This document shows, piece after piece, positions 1 through 12,709 of a stretch of 64,000 bases of DNA (the first letter of the stretch is position 1; each line of letters starts with the position of its first letter). Source of the stretch: Eledone cirrhosa. Taxonomy: Eukaryota. Under the pieces are notes generated by a model. The model was not told the origin of the DNA, made no database searches, and was given only the letters and a program-made list of their open reading frames with translations. The position numbers and the translations under genes are program-made. The DNA lies in NCBI GenBank assembly GCA_964016885.1, contig OZ024743.1, positions 292,888,001 through 292,952,000 on the forward strand, given 5' to 3'.

Positions 1-3000
1 CTTTCACCCACTTTTCATAAAACTGGCTGGGGTGGAGCACCTCTCTCTCCATCCTGATCCTTGTTCCAAAGTGGTATTTGAAGAAAAGGACCAGTTGTTG
101 GCTGGTGAGAAAGGTGCCCGACCTCAGCCCTTTCAAACGCGTCTACCATAAAACCTGTTTCACCATGGCTATTACACACAGAAACACCGCCTCTCCTTCA
201 TTTTTAAGAGCGGAGGCGGCTTGATCGTTATAATGGACTCGGTGGTCAACCGGATAGGTTACACCCGTGACAGCAGTCGTTCGACATAGCCCATAGATCG
301 GCGACGCCCGGGCAGTGTACCAATGCATGCGCGACGGTTTCCTCGTCGCGCACGCACCTGGGACAGATCTTTTCGAGGGGTCCCTACCCGGGCGTCCGTG
401 TCTATAGAGCTTTTCTCGAACAGGCAGAGCCCCTCAGTAGCACTGCCAGGCCAGGGACCTCTGGAAGTTGCCCATAGGTCCCGGGCTAAATATCCTACCG
501 AACAGGCTGGCAAGTTCGTCTTCTTCCATGTCTAGGGCTTCTCCGAGGGCGTCGTCGCACCTGCTGCGCACCAGCCCTCTATAGAATGTCGAGGTGGAGT
601 CTCCACTGATAGCCGTGTCCGCCTGCCAAAGAGCCGTGAGCGCCTGGGCACACTCGGTGTGCCAGGCGCCCACTTTTCTCGGTCTTTGCTTGACACAGGA
701 TTGCAGCTCGGTGAGTGAGACGAGTCTCGGAAAGGTTCGCCTCACAAACGGAGCCCACACCGGTTGACCGGTGAGGAATACCTGGAGGTGCTGTAGCCTT
801 AATGCGTGTTTACGCATCAGCAGCCACGGCATCCCCAGCCCTCATTTCGAAGGGTGTTGACAGCATATAGATCTCCCCAACAAAGGAGCCCGCTTCTTCC
901 AAAGGAATTGGAAGAGTGCGCGCTCCATTTTGGTGAGCGTTTCCCTTGGACAAGGCACGACGCTCAGGCGGTAGTAATTGACGACGCTATAAATATGTTC
1001 GCCACCTCCGCGTGATCTTTCAGGGATAGTTTGCACTCGGCCCACTTCTGGGTCAGTGCAAATACCCTGTTCGTTGCCTCACCCCAGTTCTTCTCCACCT
1101 GGAGGTCTGGTCCAAACCAGACCCCAAGCAACTTCACCGGGCTCTCCGTCCAGCGTCCGACGACGCCATCGGAGGGCATCTGTTTGCCCCTCCACGTGCC
1201 GAGTTGCGAACCGATCGACTTGTCCCGGTTCAGCTTAGCCCCTGTAAACCTTACGTACTCCTCCAGTAAGGTGCCGATCGCCCCGATTTCCGAGTTGGTC
1301 GACACCATTACTGTTACGTCATCGGCGTAGGCCGACACCGCTTTCCGCAATCACGGTTCCAAAGGGATGCCCTGCAACAACTCCAACTTCCGCAGCAGTG
1401 GCTCTAGAGTCATTACATACAGAAGGGAGGAGAGAGGGCACCCTATCGGATGGACCGCGCGATTTCGAACGGCTACGAGAGGTAGCCGTTCACCTTGACT
1501 CTAGAGCAGATGCTGCTGCTGTGCATGGCAGTATATCGAGCCCCTGAAACGGGTCCGAAACCTGCCGCCACTAGCACCGCCTCCAGGTAACCATGGTCGA
1601 CCCTCTCGAACGCCTTAGATTGATCCAAGTTGATCAGGGCCCCACCAAAGCCGGGTTCGTTCCCCATCCTCTCTATGATGTATCGCATAAGGTAGAGGTT
1701 GTCGTGGATGGACCTGGACGGGATAGCACATGTCTGCGCATCTCCCACCAGGTTGCCCACGACAAACGCCAACCTCATTGCTAATACCTTGGCCAAAATC
1801 TTTAACTCTGCATTTAGCAGAGTTATGGGCCTGAAATTACTTATTTCGTCCCCCTTGTTATTGTCCTTCCTCTCTAGCGAGACTACATGCTTGGTCACAG
1901 AACAGGGAATTATCCCGTTCTGTTGCCAGTTGCAGTAGACCGCCTCGAGGAGATCGGGGAACAATGCCGGCATAGCTAGATATAGTTCGTATGGAAGACT
2001 ATCGAGACCCGGGGATTTGCGTTTGCCGCATTGGCTCATCACATCCTCTATCTCAGCACCTGAAATCGGCCCCTCGCAGGATTTCGCCTCTTCGTCCGAA
2101 AGACGCGGCAGGCCGTCGAGGTATGGACCAAAGTCCAAATCCCCATCCAGATCCCCGCTCCTCCCGAACAATCGGGCAAAGTGCCTTTGAAAGGCCTCAC
2201 ACATCTGCTTAGGTTCATGTATTACCCTTCCATCCTGGTCCCGCAAAGACCGGATAGTGGATATAATCCCTCTTTTGGCTTCTGTCACGCGGGCCCAGCT
2301 AACAGCTTTGGTCCCCTCGTTTCCTAGAGCACGTATTTTGCTTCGGACAACGCAGCCTTCGTTCTTCGCGTCAAAGAACTAGCCCAAGGCCGTTCTCGAC
2401 GCTAGCACTCTGGCCACATCGCCGCTTCTAATTGCCTCTTCTACCAACTCCCTTTCCTTCCTATTTCTATCTGAGGCTAACTCCTTACTAACTCCTGTTG
2501 AAACTACTCTAATCTCTCTTTTGAGAGATCCCCACCACCTGCTGTTGACGATCGCTCCCGTTAACCTCTCCTTAACTAAAGTACTAATCCGGTCCCTGTA
2601 CACTTTACTTGCCGGTAAGGACAAGTTCAGTTTCCAGTAACCGGGTCTATGTCTATGGGTTCTATCAAGGTTGAGTATACAGGTCACTAATTTGTGATCC
2701 AAATAGCCAACCATGAGCATCTCTGGACAGCTGAAAAGGTCCCTATCCTTATTTGTAACTAGGACCCTATCTAGGTACGACCTAGAGGATCTGCTGCGGC
2801 TTGCCCAAATCCAGGTTGGCGCAGTCGGAAAATCTAGTCGATATCTATCGGCCAGGTCAAATCAGCCGATGAACTGCTTGAGGCTGTTACATCCCCCTCT
2901 ATCGGGACATGCTCCTACATAGTCCCAACGTGCATATAGGATACCATTCCAGTCCCCACTAAAATCAGGGAGTGGGACGTCCCCAGAAACATCTCCAGAC

Positions 3001-3374
3001 GTTGGGAGAAGTCCGGCCGCGCTGACCCAAAAGGGGCGTAGGCGGTGACCAGCCTAAAGGCTCCGCCTTCACCATTGACAACGTCTCAAATCACCAGTCG
3101 ACCCTCCGGGTCCAGGTGTACCGTCTGTGCGGCGAGACCGAGATGTTTTTGCAGCAGAACAACAAACCCACCCCCACCTCCGGGCTGACAGAGAGATGCG
3201 TGCATCTCAAAGTCGTCAAAGGTGGGGGGCTAGCTGGCGCACGCTGTTGATTCGGGTCTCGCAAATGACCATCACATTTATACAGCGTGACCTGAGGTCA
3301 TTTAGAAGTTTTGCTTGCTTCCAATATGAGCCTAGGCCACGCCCATTTAGACAAGCCACTCTCAATACAGCCAT
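1..3374 (-). pseudogene. ORF2 of Tx1 copy 1 (APE endonuclease + reverse transcriptase), frameshifted
   Basis: ORF pieces 3216-3437, 2379-2720, 1473-2288, 964-1350, 842-1045, 434-832 and 143-328 are collinear with ORF2 of copies 2 and 4. Confidence 0.9.
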
Positions 3375-3737
3375 GTTGGTGGTAAAAAGAAAAAGGAGGC
3401 ACCTACCTCTATGCGTCCCGGGGACCAGGCCGCACAATTCCCATGGGGGTGGGGAGGGGTTGTTGGGTGGGTATAGGTTTGTGATAGTGTGGGGGCATCA
3501 GTGTGTTGTGGGGTTTGGGTGTTTGGAGCGCTGTGGGTGTTTGGGGAGGGGGTGGGAAATTTTTTTAGGAGTACACGGTTAATGAGTCCGACGCAGGGGA
3601 GGAGGGCGGGGGCACGTCCTCTTTAAAATTGTAATTTAAAGTTTTGTATATGTCCCTTGGGACTTTTATCATTTTGAGGTGGGGGAAATCACCTGCCTGG
3701 GTGAAGTTAGGCCCTTCGGTTTTTACCAAATTATTAT

Positions 3738-3931
3738 TATAAATAATTGTTTCTACTTTTGGAACAAGGCCAGCAATTAACAGTACATTACTGGTACTTT
3801 ATTTTTTCGACCCCGTAAGGATGAAAGGCAAAGTTGACCTCGGTGGGATTTGAAATCAGAATGGAAAGGGCCGTAATTCTATGCGTCAAAGCATGACGTC
3901 CGACGCTCTACCGATACTGCCAATCCACCGT
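3738..3931 (-). mobile_element. tRNA-derived SINE (family A), first of a tandem pair inserted in Tx1 ORF1
   Basis: Minus strand reads CGGTGGATTGGCAGTATCGGTAGAGCG (A-box-like), then TTCAAATCC (B-box-like), then GCCTTTCATCCTTACGGGGTCGA, then GAAACAATTAT tail. Confidence 0.85.
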
Positions 3932-3949
3932 TACAATAACAATCCATTG

Positions 3950-4151
3950 TTATTATAAATAATTGTTTCTGCGTTTGGCACAAGGCCGGGAATTACCCAG
4001 TGCATTAATGGTACTTTATTTTATCGACCCCGTAAGGATGAAAGGCAAAGTTATCCTCGGCAGGATTTGAACTCAGAATGGCAAGGGCCGTAACTTTATA
4101 CATCAAGGCATGGCGTCCGACCCCCTACCGATACTGCCAATCTACCGCCTT
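3950..4151 (-). mobile_element. tRNA-derived SINE (family A), second of the tandem pair
   Basis: Near-identical layout with GAGTTCAAATCC B box; TAAATAAT occurs on both sides of the pair (possible TSD). Confidence 0.85.
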
Positions 4152-5810
4152 GTAAATAATGTTCAACAGCTTTTTGTTTATTGGAATGTATGTGTATGCA
4201 TATTTTTGTTTTTATGTGGTGTTTTTTGTTTGTTGTTTTTGTGTGTTCTTTTGTGTGTTCTTTTGTGTTGATGTCTGTGTTATGTTTTGGGGAGGGGTTG
4301 TTTTTATTTGTGTGCCTGAGGTGTGTTTTCTTTTCTTTCTTTTAACTTCTTGGAAATGCTCCCCCTCGTCTGACGACGAACGGGGGTCGTCTTCCGTTCT
4401 GGAGGGGAGGGGTAAATTTTCGGGTAGTGTTTGCGGTGTGGGTATTTTGGAAATTGATTTTTGAGTGGGGGGGGGGGGGGATGGGTTAGACAGTGTTTTG
4501 TTTTGTGTTAACCTGTGGTTGTTGTTTTTGTAGTGGTGGTGGTGGTGATAGTGTTGGTTGTGTAGTTTTTGGTGGTGTGGGCAGAATTGGAGCTTTCTTT
4601 TTAAGTTGCGGACAGATAGCCCTCAGGTGACCTCTGGTTCGACAGAGGTAACACGAGGGCCGCCTACCCTCAACGGTAATGTTTATAAAAGTTTGGTCAT
4701 CAAGTATGACGCGTTCGGGGATTTGGGCGATCCTTTTGGGCCTCATTTGAACTAAAAGTTCGAGGCCCGTTCCACTGAACGCGTCACCCGATGCGTTTCC
4801 CATGGATATCAATATGTCATCGTTCAGGTAAGAAAAGCCTGTTAACACCCACCATATTGGAAGAATGGTGTGTATTTTTATTTTCTCTGTCCTTCTACCC
4901 ATGTACATAGGGTAGAAGGTGTATGCGGTGGATGTAATAGGTTTTACCGAAAGTTTTTTTGCCTTGTCCTAGTCCTTCATGAGAAAGGATAGACTCCCAT
5001 AGAGTCTATCCTTTTGTATGAACAGAATGTCTTTCATTACATCTTTTAAGACCAGCTCTATCTCACTCTGTGATGGTTGAGCTGGTCTTTTCGTTTTATT
5101 TAACACTGTCCTAAACATCACTGTGTTTAGGACTCTCTGACTTTTTAGTTCGGGAGGGGAGTGGATCGAAAATGATCCATTTTCCCCCTATACTATGTAT
5201 TTTGGGGCTTCTGCCAGTAGTTCCTTAGCGTTGCTTATGTCTACTGGCAGGTACTGAAGGTTTTTTTTTCGCAGTTTGGGCAAATGAAACCTTTCCATTA
5301 TCCTTCTACCTGTTCTTTTCTTTTTCGTTGCTTTTTTCTATTTTTTCTGTGTTTTCTTCGTCCATGTTGATGTTGTTTTGCAGTTTCTGTGTGTTTGTGT
5401 TGTTGGTGTTTGTGTCGTTTGTATTTTCATACAATTTCATGCTAACATTTTGGGGGTTTTTACCCACATTTTCACAATTTACAGTAGAAACATTGTCCAT
5501 AATCGTATTTGAAAGTGAGAAGGGGGAAGTTTCAATTACATTCATTTGTTGTTCCTTTCTCTCACTTTCGTCAGGGGGTTGGCAGAGTTGTTGTTCATGG
5601 CGTCCATTATTGACATATACGTCAACAAAAAAATTTTAAAAGGTAGTTTTACCTCCAAAAGGGGTAAAAATAAAATTAGCCCCCGTCTACAAACTTAGGC
5701 GGGAGGTTAATTCACACGGGGACACAAAATACAAACAAACACTTACTGTTAACACGTAAAATATTCCAAAAAGGCGGGAGCTGAAGTTACCTACGTCTAT
5801 ACCATCCGAG

Positions 5811-5851
5811 GATAGATAGATAGATGGATGGATTGACGGATGGATGGATAG
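5811..5851. repeat. (GATA)n/(GATG)n microsatellite at 5' junction of Tx1 copy 1
   Basis: gatagatagatagatggatggattgacggatggatggatag. Confidence 0.9.
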
Positions 5852-5869
5852 AACATCATCATTTGACGG

Positions 5870-6960
5870 GTTTGAATACTAATCCCAATCTATGAGGATT
5901 CACACTACGACCGACCTCCACACCTTTCCATCATTCATCGCAATTCCAAGTTCATTGTTGGTATTCTTGAGTCGCGCACAATAGCATCCAGGAAGGTGAG
6001 TTTTCTTGGGAAGACCTCTTCTCAACCTCCACAAAAAATGATCTCTCTGTTTTCTCTTTAACAGTGACCAGCTAATTGTAGTTGTTTCTTACAGAAACGC
6101 ATAGATATTGCCTTCAGCTTTCTGTATATTTGTTGTAGGTTGGCATGTTCTCTCCATTGTATGTTTTGTGCTCTGAGAAGGGCTTTTATAGGACAGTTGT
6201 TATTGGTCAGGTTTCATCTCCTTAAATCAGAATTTATTCAAGTAGGGCTTGGAATATTTAAATTTATGTTTTGTTGTTTATGTTGCCATGCCATATATTG
6301 TCTAGTTTTTTTAGAGCCTCCCATGGCAGTGCTTTTCGAATACGAACTAACTTTTGTGAATTCATAATGTGTGTTCCAAATATTTAAAGTCATTCCCCCT
6401 CTTGGTGTTTCTGTCCGATAGTGACCTTACTTCAGAAGTGTGGGGACAAGTGGAGATGTATTCAGTTTTTCCATTTTTGTAGTAGACCTCACAAGTGCTG
6501 CAGATTGCGGCAGTGGTTCTGCATCTGACACAGCTTCTGTGGTAACTGGGAGTCATCTAAAAAAAGTCTCGGTCCCTGTGATGTTAAGCTGGATGAATTT
6601 GTCTACGTCTCGGATGGAGCTGTAGACCCATTTCATTGGTGCTGTTTAGTGAAATTCGCAAAACATAATTGAACACTATAAGGGTGCAAGTGTGTCCCCC
6701 TGGAGCCCTCTCCCAAGAATGTCGAATGTTGTAGTTTCGCCATCAGGTGGGAAATGGCTGTGGAGTTGGAGGCATTTGATATTTGATTGTATTTATGATT
6801 AAAGGGGGTATTCCATACGGTGCTGGAATTTCAAATCTTGTTTCACTGCTGATTAACCCGAAGTCTTTGCAAAGCTCTAAAAAGCAGAGGGTGACTTCTC
6901 TGTTGAATTTATGCAAGTATTCCGTCGAATACATAGGATCTGGGGAATAGATAACCTTCC
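5870..6960 (-). pseudogene. Highly degraded Penelope-like element remnant (post-RT linker/GIY-YIG region)
   Basis: Minus-strand fragments resemble the W(Y/F)xPP(Y/F) and NCP motifs of the PLE ORFs elsewhere in the window. Confidence 0.35.
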
Positions 6961-6999
6961 CCTTCAGAATCCGTTATGATTTCTTCTTAAAAGAAGGCA

Positions 7000-7640
7000 G
7001 ACGGCTGGTACTATTTGGTTTGCCTTAATTCGTTGTAGATTTTCGCAACAATTGGGTTGAGGGAATTTCCTGTGGTAGATAAATCGCCCTTATTTGGTAT
7101 TGGCATGATGTTGACTTCAGCCAACCAGTTGTAAGAGAGTTGTAAGCAGAAAAAATGTTGCATAGCTTTAGGACTAGATCGTGGAATACTGGGTCCTTCC
7201 AGATGAAGGCTACTAGGTTGTGTCAAACCAGACAATTTGTTGTTGGAAATGGATTTGATAGCAACATGAAGTTCGACTAGTGAAAATGGATATGTTAGAC
7301 TGTCAAGATATTCTGCTATGTTGATCTTTATTGGTTAGTCGGTACTTTTGGTCGGTACTTTTGGTCGGTACAGCAAGGCGTTGTATGGATTCTTCGCGCT
7401 AGTGCGGGCACTGGGTGGTTATTTCTTGGATTTCTCCTTCTTATAGAGGGTACCAAGTGCTACTTCTTCAGTGGATTGACTGACCTTGTATGTCGTTTTG
7501 ATATCATCAGAAAGTTCAGTAAGTGCATCGTAACGATTTTGTACAACGAGAGCAATCATTTGTTTCATTTCTGCTTTGGACATGTATGAGCACTACTGAT
7601 AACATGTTACCCAGCACAGCCTATCAAATGTTCGAGTCGT
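7000..7640 (-). pseudogene. Degraded RTE-like LINE reverse transcriptase fragment
   Basis: ORF 7011-7235 WLAEVNIMPIPNKGDLSTTGNSLNPIVAKIYN resembles the IIPIPKKGDL..NYRxISL..AKIY motif of LINE RT. Confidence 0.55.
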
Positions 7641-7899
7641 CGGCCATTAAACCAACAGCCCCAACAAGCTTGCGTGATGAGGAAGGTGATTATTGTACAC
7701 CTTCCGGGATACAAAACGAAACCCGACAAAATCGAAGAATCTCGTGGAAGTCAATGGCCATCGAAGATTGTTTACATATGTGTGTATTGTGTTGGTGTGT
7801 TTTCTGCCTTGTATGAAAAAGGGAAAATGAAAAAGAATGAAAAAGGGAAGAAGAAGAAAGTAAAAGAAAAAAAGAAGCAATCCCTAGTTTGTTAATTAC

Positions 7900-8700
7900 T
7901 ACCTTGTACGTGGAAAGATCAACGGAATGAAAGGAAGTTACAATAGTGAGATGATGACTCAGGCAAATATCACGAACTATAGTCTCGCGAGCCACGCTTT
8001 TGTATTTAGCGAACAAAACGATAAATAGTATAACCGAATCATGAACCAGGGTTGAAACCCCTTACATCTCGGATCCAGCTTCAAATCTTCTTTCGCCTCC
8101 ATCATCGTATGACCAAATCTCCCTAAACTCCCTGGGGCAGTATATTCGAGATCAAAGATGGGTGGGTCCCACACGACTAATGATGTGCAAAAGACCTACA
8201 ATCTACAGTATAGTAAATGCTAGAATTTTATCAGTGGAAAGCCGGCAAGAGAAATTTATCACTTACACTAGCCAAAACAGAATTGATGTACCGAGCATAG
8301 ATTTTATCAGGAAAAGTCTGAACTCCGTGTAATAATAGCTTAAAGAATATTAAGGAGCTATGACAGATGGAAAAAGAATCCTCACCTCTACAAAAGCAAC
8401 CAACAACTTATTGAATATAAAAGAAAACTCCGACTGAATATTAGTTACAGAATTCAACTGCAACCCAAAAGTATCAGTTGTTTCATGTACAGTAATAAAT
8501 CCCATTCCGATGCATTCTATCAATATCTGAAAAGTCTCTTGGATAATATCCAAGTCCAGAACTTCCTGGTACCACATCGGCTTTCATGATGTTCTCTTTA
8601 CGTAAATCAACGAGACCAACTGCAACAATGAGAATCTGGTCGATCTGTCTGAAGAAATCCAATAAATCACAATAAACAAGGCAGTATTCACCCCAAAACA
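7900..8700 (+). pseudogene. Highly degraded Penelope-like RT remnant
   Basis: Broken frames give F.SGKPARE / LAKTEL / FY-SISEK-like segments reminiscent of PLE RT. Confidence 0.3.
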
Positions 8701-8704
8701 TGAG

Positions 8705-8865
8705 GTCATAACAACACCCAGCGGGTGATCGTTCTAAGATCGACTACATTCTTGTCCGCAACAAAGGGATGAACATCATTCACAATACCTAAGCCTACTT
8801 ATTCCACACTAGGCGCTGACCATAAAATAGTCTCGTGCACTGTTCGTGGAGTATCGGGGCATCAG
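8705..8865 (+). pseudogene. APE endonuclease C-terminal fragment of an RTE-like LINE
   Basis: Translates QHPAGDRSKIDYILVRNK...LGADHKIVS, matching the APE motifs IDY and SDH. Confidence 0.6.
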
Positions 8866-9071
8866 ATATAGATAGATATAAAGATAGATAAATAGAAGGG
8901 TAGATAGATTGATAGATAGATTCATAAATACATACATATGTACATACATAAATACATACATATATACATACATACATAGAAGGACAGACAGATATATAGA
9001 TAAATAGATAGATAACTTTCTTTTTATTTGCCACCAGAGATAGATAGATAGATACATAGATAGATAGATAT
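8865..9071. repeat. Degenerate (GATA)n/(CATA)n array at 3' junction of Tx1 copy 2, containing a ~20 bp Tx1 3'-end remnant at 9017-9036
   Basis: GATA runs; tttctttttatttgccacc resembles the Tx1 terminus atttctttattagccac. Confidence 0.8.
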
Positions 9072-9287
9072 ATTTCTTTATTTATCATAAAGGTATAAAA
9101 AGAAGGGACAAATACAAAGGGGGAGTTTACATAAAACCGAGTAAAAAGGGTATAAAATGCAAATAATCAAAAACAACCTCAAAAGGGAGGGGACGTGATG
9201 GGGGTTGCACACACCCCCGAAAAAGTGTGCAATCCTTTGCCCGAGGAGCACATGGAGAAGGTGCTCCCCTCTCCTTCACTTCTTTAC

Positions 9288-12200
9288 CTACAGGAGGGTA
9301 TACAGAGAAGGTTCATTTACACGAGTCATTCTCGCCACTATCACCCACCTTTCATAAAACTGCCTGTGGCCAAGCACCTCTCTCTCCATTCTTATCTTTC
9401 TTCCGAAGTGATATCGGAAGAAGTAGACCAGACTGTGGCCAGAGAGGAAGTTGCCTGACCTCAGACCTTTCAATCGTGTCCACCAAACAACCTCTTTCAA
9501 CATGGCTATTACGCACAGAAAAACCGCCTTTGCTTCCTTTGTGAAGAGGGGGGGCGGCTTGATTGTTATCACGGACTCGGCGGTCAATCGAATCGGCGCC
9601 GCCCGCGACAGCAGTCGTTCAGCGTAGCCCCACAGATCAGCCACGCCCGGACAGTGCACCAATGCGTGCGCAACGGTTTCTTCGTGACGCACGCATCTAG
9701 GGCAAATCTTTTTCGAGGGATCCCTGCCCGGGCGCCCGTGTCTATAGAGCTTTTCTCGAACGGGTAGAGCCCCCCGGTAGCACTGCCAGGCCTGTGACTT
9801 CTGGAAGTTGTCCATTGGTCCCGGGCCGAAAGTCCTACCGAACAGGCGGGCCAGTTCGTTCTTTTCCATGTCCAGCGACTCTCCAAGGGTCTCATCGCCC
9901 CTGCTAGCCACCAGCCCTCTATAGAATGACGATGGCCGGGTCCGCTTGCCAGAGAGCCCTGAGCGCCTGGGCACACACAGTGTGCCAGTCGCCCAGTTTT
10001 CCGGATCTTTGCTTGACCCAAGACTGCAGCTCGGTGAGCGAGACGAGTCTCGGAAAGGCTCGTCTCACGAACGGAGCCCACACCGGTTGACCAGTGAGGA
10101 ATACCTGTAAGTGCCGTAGCCTTAATGCGTGCCTACGCATCATCAACCACGGCATCCCCAGCCCTCCTTTCGAAGGTTGTTGGCAGCAGATGGATCTTCT
10201 CACCATAGGAGGGCGCTTCTTCCAAAGAAATTGAAAGAGCATGCGTTCTATGGTGGTGAGTGTTTCCTTAGGGCAAGGCACGACAGTCAGGCGGTAGTAG
10301 GTGACGGACGCTATGTAAATGTTCGCCACCTCCACCCGACCTTTCAGGGACAGCTTACACTTGGCCCATTTCTGGGTCAGTGCAAACACCTTGCTCGTAA
10401 CCTCGCCCCAGTTCTTTTCCACCTGGAGGTCCGGTCCAAATCAGACCCCAAGCAACTTCACCGGGCCCTCCGTCCAGTGTCCGACGACACCATCGGGGGG
10501 CATCGGTCTGCCTCTCCACGTTCCGAGTTGCAGCCCGATGGATTTTTCCCGGTTCAGTTTCACTCCTGACAACCTTTCGTATTCCTCCAGTAAGGTACCG
10601 ATCGCCTCGATCTCCGAGTCGGTCGATACCATTACTGTTACGTCATCGGCGTAGGCCGACACCGCTTTGCTCAATCCTGGTTCCAGGGGGATACCCTGCA
10701 ACAACTCCAACTTCCTCAGTAAAGTCTCGAGAGTCAATACGTACAGAAGGGAGGAGAGAGGGCACTCCTGTCGAATGGATCGTGTGATTTCGAACGGCTT
10801 CGAAAGGTAGCCGTTCACCTTGATCCTAGAACAGATGTGGTTGCTATGTAAGGCAGTGATCCAGCCTCTGAAGACAGGACCGAACCCAGCCGCCGCTAGC
10901 ACCGCATCCAGGTAACCATGGTCGACCCTATCGAACGCCTTAGACTGATCCAAGTTGATCAGGGCCCCACCGAAGCCGGGTTTGTTGCCAACCCTTTCTA
11001 TGATGTATAGCATGAGGTGAAGGTTGTCGTGAATGGACCTGGATGGGATAGCACATGTCTGCGCATCTCCCACCAGGCTACCCACGACAAGCGCCAACCT
11101 CTTTGCTAACACCTTGGCCAAAATCTTTAACTCTGTGTTTAGCAGGGTTATGGGCCGAAAATTATTTATACTATCCCCCTTGTTCTCGTCCTTCCTCACC
11201 GGCGAGACTACACCCTTGGCTACAGAACAAGGAATTCTCCCGTTCTGCTGCCAATTGCAGTAGACTGCTTCGAGGAGTTCGGAGAAGAAGACCGGCATTG
11301 CTAAATAAAGTTCGTAAGGTATATCATCGAGACCTGGAGATTTGCGTCTGCTGCATTGGCTCAGCGCATCCCCGATCTCATCAGCCGAGATTGGTCCCTC
11401 GCAGGACGCTGCCTCTTCGCTCGAATAGACGCGGCAGGCCGTCGAGGTATGGACCGAAATCCACGTCCCCGCCCGGACCCTCGCCTCCCCCGAACAATCG
11501 GGCACAGTGCCTTTGAAAGGCCTCTCACATCTGCTTAGGCTTCCGGATCACCCGTCCATCCTCGTCTTGCAAAGACAGGATGGTGGATCGATTTCCAATC
11601 TTAGCTTCTGTCACGTGAGCCCAGCCAACGGCTTTGGCTCCCTCATTACCTAGAGTACGTATTTTACTTCGAATGACGTAGCCTTCGTGCTTTGCATCGA
11701 AAAACTGGCTCAAGGCCGTCCTCGATGCCAGCACTCTGGCCACATCTTCGCTCTTGATTGCCTCTTCTAATTTACCTGTTAATTCTTTCTCGTTCCTATT
11801 CCTATCGGCAGCTAACATTTTGCTATAACTTATTGATCCTGTTCTAATCTCTCTTTTGAGAGATGCCCGCCATCGGTTGTTGACGATTGCACCCGTCAAC
11901 CTCTCCTTAACTAATCTGCTAATCCGGTCTCTGTAAGCCTCTTTTGCCGGTAAAGACAAATTAAGTTTCCAGTAACCGGGACCCTGTCTATGTGTTCTCT
12001 CGAGGTTGACTACGCAGGTCACTAATTTGTGATCTGTATAGCCAACTGTGAGGATTTCTGGACAGCTTAATATGTCTCTATCCTTACTTCTAACTAAGAA
12101 TCTATCTAAGTACGATCTAGATTGACCACTGTGGTTCGTCAAAGTCCAGGTTGGCACAGTTGGAAAATCTAGTCGATATCTATCGACCAAGTTAAAACGG

Positions 12201-12709
12201 TCGAGTAACCCCTTGAGGCTGTTACACCCAGCTCTATTAGGACATGCTCCTGCATAGTCCCGACGTGCATCTAGGATGTCATTCCAGTCCCCCGCTAGAA
12301 GCAGGGAACGCGACGTTCCCAGAAAAGTCTCCAGACGCTGAAAGAAGTCGGGTCGTTCAGCTCCGAAAGGGGAGTAGACGGCGACCAGTCTCAAGGCCGC
12401 ACCTCCACTATTGCCAACGTCTAGCACCAACAAACGACCTTCCGGGTCCGAGTGAACAACCTGTACGGCGAGACCCATGTGTTTTACCAGCAGTACGACA
12501 ACCCCACCCCCATCTCCAGGTTGACAGAGAGATGCGTGCACCTCAAAGTCATCGAAGGTAGGGGCCAGCTGCCGCACGACGCTGATCCGAGTCTCACAGA
12601 TAACCATTACATTTATACCACGTGACCTGAGGTCATTTAGAAGCTTTACTTGCTTCCAAGTTGAGCCCAGGCCACGTGCATTCAAACATCTTACTCTTAA
12701 CACATCCAT
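9288..12709 (-). pseudogene. ORF2 of Tx1 copy 2: APE endonuclease, RT (YADD) and C-terminal CPRC..H....C zinc finger; several frameshifts/stops
   Basis: ORFs 11525-12784 (CLNARGL, ICET, GDWN, YLDRF, TDHK), 10441-11505 (LDQSKAFDRV, RQECPLS, YADD), 9919-10422 and 9288-9974 (CPRCVRHEETVAHALVHC). Confidence 0.93.

Larger units (their letters stand above)
3400..5600 (-). pseudogene. ORF1 (gag-like, CX2CX4HX4C zinc knuckle) of Tx1 copy 1, broken by stops/frameshifts and a SINE pair
   Basis: ORF 4486-4908 contains VEGRRPSCYLCRTRGHLRAICP; N-rich N-terminus at 5306-5545; P/T-rich tail. Confidence 0.8.
1..5810 (-). mobile_element. Tx1/L1-clade non-LTR retrotransposon copy 1 (3' end lies beyond window start; degraded)
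   Basis: Fragmented ORF2: APE start MAVLRVACLNGRGL, RT motifs NFRPITLLN, LDQSKAF, YADD. ORF1 has CYLCRTRGHLRAIC. The 5' end abuts GATAGATAGA at 5811. Confidence 0.93.

Noticed and set aside
7642-7775. Possible ribozyme: GGCCATT/AATGGCC pairing and TGATGA-GGAAGGTG/CACCTTCC hairpin
   Set aside because: GAAA does not follow the stem directly, and HDV-type P1.1/P3/J4-2 elements could not be assigned; it is left as an unclassified repeat.
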